NCBI RefSeq assembly: GCF_014280175.1
Contig: NZ_CP047931.1
Span: 30,001 to 62,000, forward strand
DNA from: Synechococcus sp. A15-28
Lineage (GTDB): Bacteria > Cyanobacteriota > Cyanobacteriia > PCC-6307 > Cyanobiaceae
Direction: 5' to 3'
DNA length: 32,000 nt
Part shown: one piece after another, positions 27,641 to 32,000 of the stretch
Layout: each line of letters starts with the position of its first letter
Position numbering within the stretch: position 1 is the first letter of the stretch
Position numbers and translations under genes: made by a program
Notes under the pieces: model-generated
Databases searched by the model: none
What the model was told of the DNA's origin: nothing
What the model saw: the letters and a program-made list of their open reading frames with translations, nothing else

Positions 27641-29407
27641 TCAATTGATGTCATCAATGTCGAGCACCTGACCATTGAAGAAGTCCGCCAGATTGCGGGC
27701 CTGGCGATCCAGGCCTGAGGAATGGCTTTGCTGAGAGCTGGATTCGGAGGGGGCTGGGGATGGTTTTGGTGCCATGGGCTCTGGCTGGGTGTTGGGCAGT
27801 TCCGGAGCAACGGCTGTGGTCTGAGCTTCTGGGACTGGCTCTGGAGTGGTGATCACTGGTGGGGTGACCACCGGCGCTGGTGGTGGCTGAACCATTGGCG
27901 GCGCTCCGCCGCTGCTGGCCTCGAGCACGAGTTGGCGGGATCCTCCCAATGCTTTGGCCATGGCTTGTTCCAGCAAGGCAGCCCGGCTCTGCACCATGCC
28001 CATCCAGTTGCTGGCCACCTGCACCACAGCCTTGTTGGCGTCGAGCCGCACCAACTGCCCCTGCTGCGACAGCAGCATTCGGGTGGAGGGCAATTCCAGG
28101 CTGCCGAGGATCTGCTGCCACAGCTCCGCCAGGTTGGGCGTCGTGCCCTCTGCAGCAGCAGGCGTCACCGGGGGCAGCTCCGGAGCCGGTGCAGGAGCCG
28201 CAGATGGCGTTGGCGACGGGGTAGGAACAACAGGCGTTGGTGTGATTGCTGGAGCCGTTTGTGCCGGTACGGCCGCGGCGACGGATGCTGCTGCTGCTGG
28301 GGTTGTGGTTGTGGCCTCCGCCAACAGACCCAGAAGCAGCACTTCCAGCCACAGCCGTGGTTGCACGCTTTGCCGCAGCTGTTGCTCACTGCCGCGCAGT
28401 TGTGCCTGCCATTGCAGTAGTCGGGCCCGGCCAAGGGCCTTGGCGAGGGGCGGCAGCTGCTCGCTGAATTGCGGGGAGATGCCGGTCAGTTCCGGCCGAT
28501 CCGGTGCGGCGGCCATCAGCACCAGATCCCGGAGGATACCCGCCAGGCCCTGCAGTACGGCGCCGGGATCGCGGCCCCGGTCCAGCAGGTTGCGGGTGGC
28601 TTCCAGCAATGCCACCGGTTCAGCGCTGCTCATCGCCTGCACCAGCTGCAGAAGTTCCTGCTCCGGCACGGCCCCCAGCAGATCCCACACTGCGGTGGCT
28701 TCGATCGGCGGTGGCAGCAGGCTCAGCTGATCCAGCAGGCTTTCGGCGTCCCGCAGCCCTCCCTGGGAGCGCTGGGCCACTACATGGATGGCTTCGGGTT
28801 TGATCTCGATGGCTTCCTGCTCGGCGATCCAGCTGAGGTGCCCTTCGAGGGCATCGAGGGGGATGCGCCGGAAATCAAAGCGTTGGCAACGGCTGAGGAT
28901 CGTCGGCAGCACCCGCTGTGGGTCTGTCGTGGCCAGCACGAACACCACCTGCGGTGGCGGCTCCTCCAGGGTTTTCAGCAGCGCGTTGAAGGCTGCGGTG
29001 GAGAGCATGTGGCACTCGTCCACCACATACACCTTCCAGCGCGCCTGCACCGGTGCGAAGCGGGAGCGTTCGATCAGCTCGCGGATGTTGTCGACGCCGG
29101 TGTTAGAGGCGGCGTCGATCTCGATCACATCCAGGGCCGTGCCCGCCGCAATCGTGGTGCACAGCTCACAGGTGCCACAGGGTTCCGGCGTGGGCCCGTC
29201 GCTGTTTAGGCAGTTGAGCGATCGCGCAAGGATCCGGGCGCTGGAGGTTTTACCCGTTCCCCTTGGCCCGCTGAATAGGTAGGCCGGTGCGATCCGGTTG
29301 CTGGTGAGGGCATGGCCGAGGGTGGCGGCAATCGCCTCCTGGCCCACCAGCTGATCGAAGCGTTGGGGGCGGTATTTGTGATGCAGCGGCTGGTAGGCCG
29401 AACTCAT
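27641..29407 (-). CDS. dnaX: DNA polymerase III subunit gamma/tau
   Basis: YQPLHHKYRPQRFDQLVGQEAIAATL, SGPRGTGKTSSARILARSLNC, zinc module CGTCELCTTI, VYVVDECHMLSTAAFNALLKTLEEPPPQVVFVLATT and QRFDFRRI. Confidence 0.95.
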   Translation of the reverse strand: MSSAYQPLHHKYRPQRFDQLVGQEAIAATLGHALTSNRIAPAYLFSGPRGTGKTSSARILARSLNCLNSDGPTPEPCGTCELCTTIAAGTALDVIEIDAASNTGVDNIRELIERSRFAPVQARWKVYVVDECHMLSTAAFNALLKTLEEPPPQVVFVLATTDPQRVLPTILSRCQRFDFRRIPLDALEGHLSWIAEQEAIEIKPEAIHVVAQRSQGGLRDAESLLDQLSLLPPPIEATAVWDLLGAVPEQELLQLVQAMSSAEPVALLEATRNLLDRGRDPGAVLQGLAGILRDLVLMAAAPDRPELTGISPQFSEQLPPLAKALGRARLLQWQAQLRGSEQQLRQSVQPRLWLEVLLLGLLAEATTTTPAAAASVAAAVPAQTAPAITPTPVVPTPSPTPSAAPAPAPELPPVTPAAAEGTTPNLAELWQQILGSLELPSTRMLLSQQGQLVRLDANKAVVQVASNWMGMVQSRAALLEQAMAKALGGSRQLVLEASSGGAPPMVQPPPAPVVTPPVITTPEPVPEAQTTAVAPELPNTQPEPMAPKPSPAPSESSSQQSHSSGLDRQARNLADFFNGQVLDIDDIN

Positions 29408-29430
29408 GCGCTGCGGTCGTTACCCGGAGA

Positions 29431-30069
29431 TTACTCAGCTTTGTCGGCTGTGGGCAGCGCCGCTGGTTCCTCCAGCAAGGCATCGATGCGTTGTTTCAGC
29501 TCCTCCACCGCCGCCAGTTCATCGGCCAGGCTCTGGCCGCTGAGCATCAGCGTTCGGTTGCCCCCGTCACCGGCCTGTTGCAGCAGGGTTTCCAGTTTGC
29601 CCAGCAGTTTCTGCCGCAGCCGTTCCAGCTTGGCCACACCCTGGCGGGCCATCTGGCGGGCGTTGTCGTCTAACAGGCCCCGCTGCACTAGCAGCTCCAG
29701 GCCGCGCATTAGGGCGGATGGCATCAACTCGCTCCAGTGGCGGGCCCGTTCCAGAACTGAGTCGATCTGGCCGCTGCGATGCCTGCCGGTTTTGCACCAG
29801 GTGGCGAAGTGCTCGCAGTTGTTGAACAACAGGTTGTAGTTCTGCTCGCCGATGCGACTCATGGCTCGCTGCAGGGTGACCCGGACCGGTGAGGCATCAG
29901 CGTGCTCAATCACGCTCAGGGGTTGGCCTTGGCTGAACTCGTCCGTGGAACTGCGCAGGATTTCGCGGCCTTCGAGGTAATGGGCCACGGTTCCATCGCC
30001 CAGATCGATGCCGTGATGATTGAACAGGCCGTGCTGACGCGGCACCTGCAGGTGGTCAGCGGCAGACAT
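29431..30069 (-). CDS. LRAT-like / NC-domain protein with C-terminal coiled coil
   Basis: From ATG 30069: PRQHGLFNHHGIDLGDGTVAHY (His-containing motif) and NYNLLFNNCEHFATWCKTG (NC motif of LRAT/NlpC-P60-like acyltransferases), then MARQGVAKLERLRQKLLGKLETLLQQ. Confidence 0.82.
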   Translation of the reverse strand: MSAADHLQVPRQHGLFNHHGIDLGDGTVAHYLEGREILRSSTDEFSQGQPLSVIEHADASPVRVTLQRAMSRIGEQNYNLLFNNCEHFATWCKTGRHRSGQIDSVLERARHWSELMPSALMRGLELLVQRGLLDDNARQMARQGVAKLERLRQKLLGKLETLLQQAGDGGNRTLMLSGQSLADELAAVEELKQRIDALLEEPAALPTADKAE

Positions 30070-30079
30070 GCGGCAGGCT

Positions 30080-31429
30080 TCAGGCGGTCTTCTGCTGTTC
30101 GTTGCCCGGCAGCGGCAGCACCTTGCCACCGGTGTGCTGCTCCACCATCGCCTGGGTGATGGTGAATTCCTTCACCGTCGTCTGGGAGGGGAGGTCGTAC
30201 ATCAGATCCAGCATCAGTTCCTCCACGATCCCCCGCAGGGCGCGGGCGCCGGTCTTGCGCCGGTGGGCCTCCTGGGCGATGGCATGGATGGCTTCCGGTT
30301 CGAATTGCAGCTGGACGTTGTCCATGCTCAGCAGGGTGCGGAACTGCTTCACCAGGGCATCGCGGGGCTCGGTGAGGATCGACTCCAGGGCGCTTTCGTC
30401 CAGGGGTTCCAGCACGGCACTCACCGGCATCCGGCCGATGAATTCCGGAATCAGGCCGTATTTCACCAGGTCGTCCGGCTGCAGCTGGCGCAGCACCTGG
30501 GAGGCCTGCAGCTCGCGGTTGGCCCGGCTGCGGCCTCGACCATCGCTGGGCATGAAGCCGATGGCATTGCGGCCCATGCGTTTCTGCACCACCTCATCGA
30601 GGCCGACGAAGGCACCTCCGCAGATGAACAGGATCTGGCTGGTGTCGATCTGGATGCAGTCCTGGTAAGGATGCTTGCGCCCCCCCTGGGGTGGAACGTT
30701 GGCGACCGTTCCCTCCAGCATCTTCAGCAGGGCCTGCTGCACCCCTTCGCCGGACACATCCCGGGTGATTGAGGGGTTTTCGCTCTTGCGGGCGATCTTG
30801 TCGATTTCATCGATGTAGATGATGCCCCGCTGGGCCTGATCCACATCCATGTCGGCTTTCTGCAGCAGCCGCAGCAGGATGTTTTCCACGTCCTCGCCGA
30901 CATAGCCGGCTTCGGTGAGGGTGGTGGCATCAGCCACGGCGAAGGGCACATCCAGCATCTCGGCCAGGGTCTGCGCCAGAAGGGTCTTGCCGCAACCGGT
31001 GGGACCGATCAGAAGGATGTTGCTTTTGTGCAGGCGGGTGGCCGTCTGTTCGGTTTCGCCCTGGCCGTCTCCCTGCCAGGCCAGGCGTTTGTAGTGGTTG
31101 TAGACCGCCACCGACATCACCTTCTTGGCGGCCTCCTGTCCCACCACCTGCTCATCCAGGAAGCTCTTGATCTGCTGAGGCTTGGGGATCGAGGCCAGGG
31201 TCGGCGCGGGCTTGCCGCTCTTCTTGGCCGCTGGTGCTGCCTTGCGGCTGGTGTCGGCGGTCTGCCCCCGGTTGCCCTGGCTGTCCACCAGTTCCTCATC
31301 CAGGATCTCGTTGCAGAGATCGATGCACTCGTCGCAGATGTAAACGCCCGGACCCGCAATCAGCTTGCGCACCTGATCCTGGGATTTGCCACAGAAGGAG
31401 CACTTCAGATGGGCATCGAACTTGGCCAT
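30080..31429 (-). CDS. clpX: ATP-dependent Clp protease ATP-binding subunit ClpX
   Basis: N-terminal zinc domain [30 protein letters not shown], Walker [20 protein letters not shown], Walker [30 protein letters not shown]. Confidence 0.98.
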   Translation of the reverse strand: MAKFDAHLKCSFCGKSQDQVRKLIAGPGVYICDECIDLCNEILDEELVDSQGNRGQTADTSRKAAPAAKKSGKPAPTLASIPKPQQIKSFLDEQVVGQEAAKKVMSVAVYNHYKRLAWQGDGQGETEQTATRLHKSNILLIGPTGCGKTLLAQTLAEMLDVPFAVADATTLTEAGYVGEDVENILLRLLQKADMDVDQAQRGIIYIDEIDKIARKSENPSITRDVSGEGVQQALLKMLEGTVANVPPQGGRKHPYQDCIQIDTSQILFICGGAFVGLDEVVQKRMGRNAIGFMPSDGRGRSRANRELQASQVLRQLQPDDLVKYGLIPEFIGRMPVSAVLEPLDESALESILTEPRDALVKQFRTLLSMDNVQLQFEPEAIHAIAQEAHRRKTGARALRGIVEELMLDLMYDLPSQTTVKEFTITQAMVEQHTGGKVLPLPGNEQQKTA

Positions 31430-31510
31430 CGAACGCCGGGCACATCAAGAGAACAGGAAGCGACCGGGCGGTCATCCTGAAACTCAGGATCGGGACGGGA
31501 GGACGGCTTG

Positions 31511-32000
31511 TCAGCCCTCCGTAACGATTCCTTTGTCCCCGGAGCTGTCCACCACCCGATCGATCAGGCCGTATTGAACCGCTTCTGCCGGGGAAAGGAA
31601 GTAGTCGCGGTCTGTGTCTTCAGCGATCTTGTCGAGTGGCTGACCGGTGTGGTCGGCCATCAAGCCGTTGAGGGTTTCCTTGAGGAAGAGAATTTCCTTG
31701 GCCTGGATCTCGATGTCCACTGCCTGTCCCTGGGCTCCGCCGAGGGGTTGGTGGATCATGATCCGGGCATTCGGCAGGGCCAGTCGCTTGCCCTTGCAGC
31801 CACCGGACAGCAGGAAGGCGCCCATGCTCGCGGCCAAGCCGTAGCAAATGGTGACCACGTCGGGGGCCACCTGCTGCATCGTGTCGTAGATGGCCAGGCC
31901 GGCGGTCACCGAGCCTCCCGGTGAGTTGATGTAGATCTGGATGTCCTTTTCCGGGTCCTCGGCTTCAAGGAACAGCATCTGGGCCACCAGGGCATCGGCC
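31511..32000 (-). CDS. clpP: ATP-dependent Clp protease proteolytic subunit (N-terminus truncated by window edge)
   Basis: [67 protein letters not shown]...[25 protein letters not shown], with Ser and His catalytic motifs. Confidence 0.97.
   Translation of the reverse strand, partial: ADALVAQMLFLEAEDPEKDIQIYINSPGGSVTAGLAIYDTMQQVAPDVVTICYGLAASMGAFLLSGGCKGKRLALPNARIMIHQPLGGAQGQAVDIEIQAKEILFLKETLNGLMADHTGQPLDKIAEDTDRDYFLSPAEAVQYGLIDRVVDSSGDKGIVTEG

Noticed and set aside
27654-28730. Several Trp/Gly/Arg/Ala-rich ORFs on both strands in the dnaX 3' region
   Set aside because: They derive from the Ala/Pro-rich linker of tau read in other frames; this is low complexity, not a repeat protein or new gene.
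27641-29407. Possible intein or programmed frameshift in dnaX
   Set aside because: The Walker A region reads uninterrupted (SGPRGTGKTSSARILARSLNC), and I saw no A-AAA-AAG-type slippery sequence on the coding strand, so neither is supported.
1-32000. CRISPR arrays, insertion sequences, prophage, toxin-antitoxin or restriction systems
   Set aside because: Reading through, I found no regular short direct repeats with spacers, transposase motifs, att-like duplications at the tRNA, or typical TA/RM gene pairs. Apart from the HNH/SNF2 pair the window is ordinary core genome.

Overview
This 32 kb window is dense, mostly housekeeping chromosome. The gene content and protein sequences point to a marine picocyanobacterium (Synechococcus type); that assignment is an inference, since no database search was run. 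In order I read: murC (5' end only), gap2, thiL, a cyclophilin-type PPIase, efp, accB, pdxA, a small membrane protein, an NAD-dependent epimerase, an HNH nuclease, a divergent SNF2 helicase, several small or secreted hypotheticals, an AbrB-family membrane protein, tRNA-Gly(CCC), a class V aminotransferase, cbiD, guaA, two hypotheticals, PBP2, sqdX/sqdB, a 57-aa Psb34-like protein missing from the ORF track, thiG, a TPR protein, rplT/rpmI, a SpoIID/LytB lipoprotein, a processive GT2, a BNR/sialidase-like protein, dnaX, an LRAT-like NC protein, clpX and clpP (partial). I found no CRISPR array, IS element, prophage or classical defence island. The most interesting accessory item is the divergent pair of HNH nuclease and SNF2 helicase at 6.9-9.1 kb. 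The helicase has an N-terminal stretch that looks like a HARP domain, recalling SMARCAL1/ZRANB3-type annealing helicases. Other points worth checking are a cbiD gene with no ATG/GTG/TTG upstream of its conserved N-terminus, an LRAT-like gene inside the clp-dnaX run, and several gene pairs that overlap or abut tail-to-tail.
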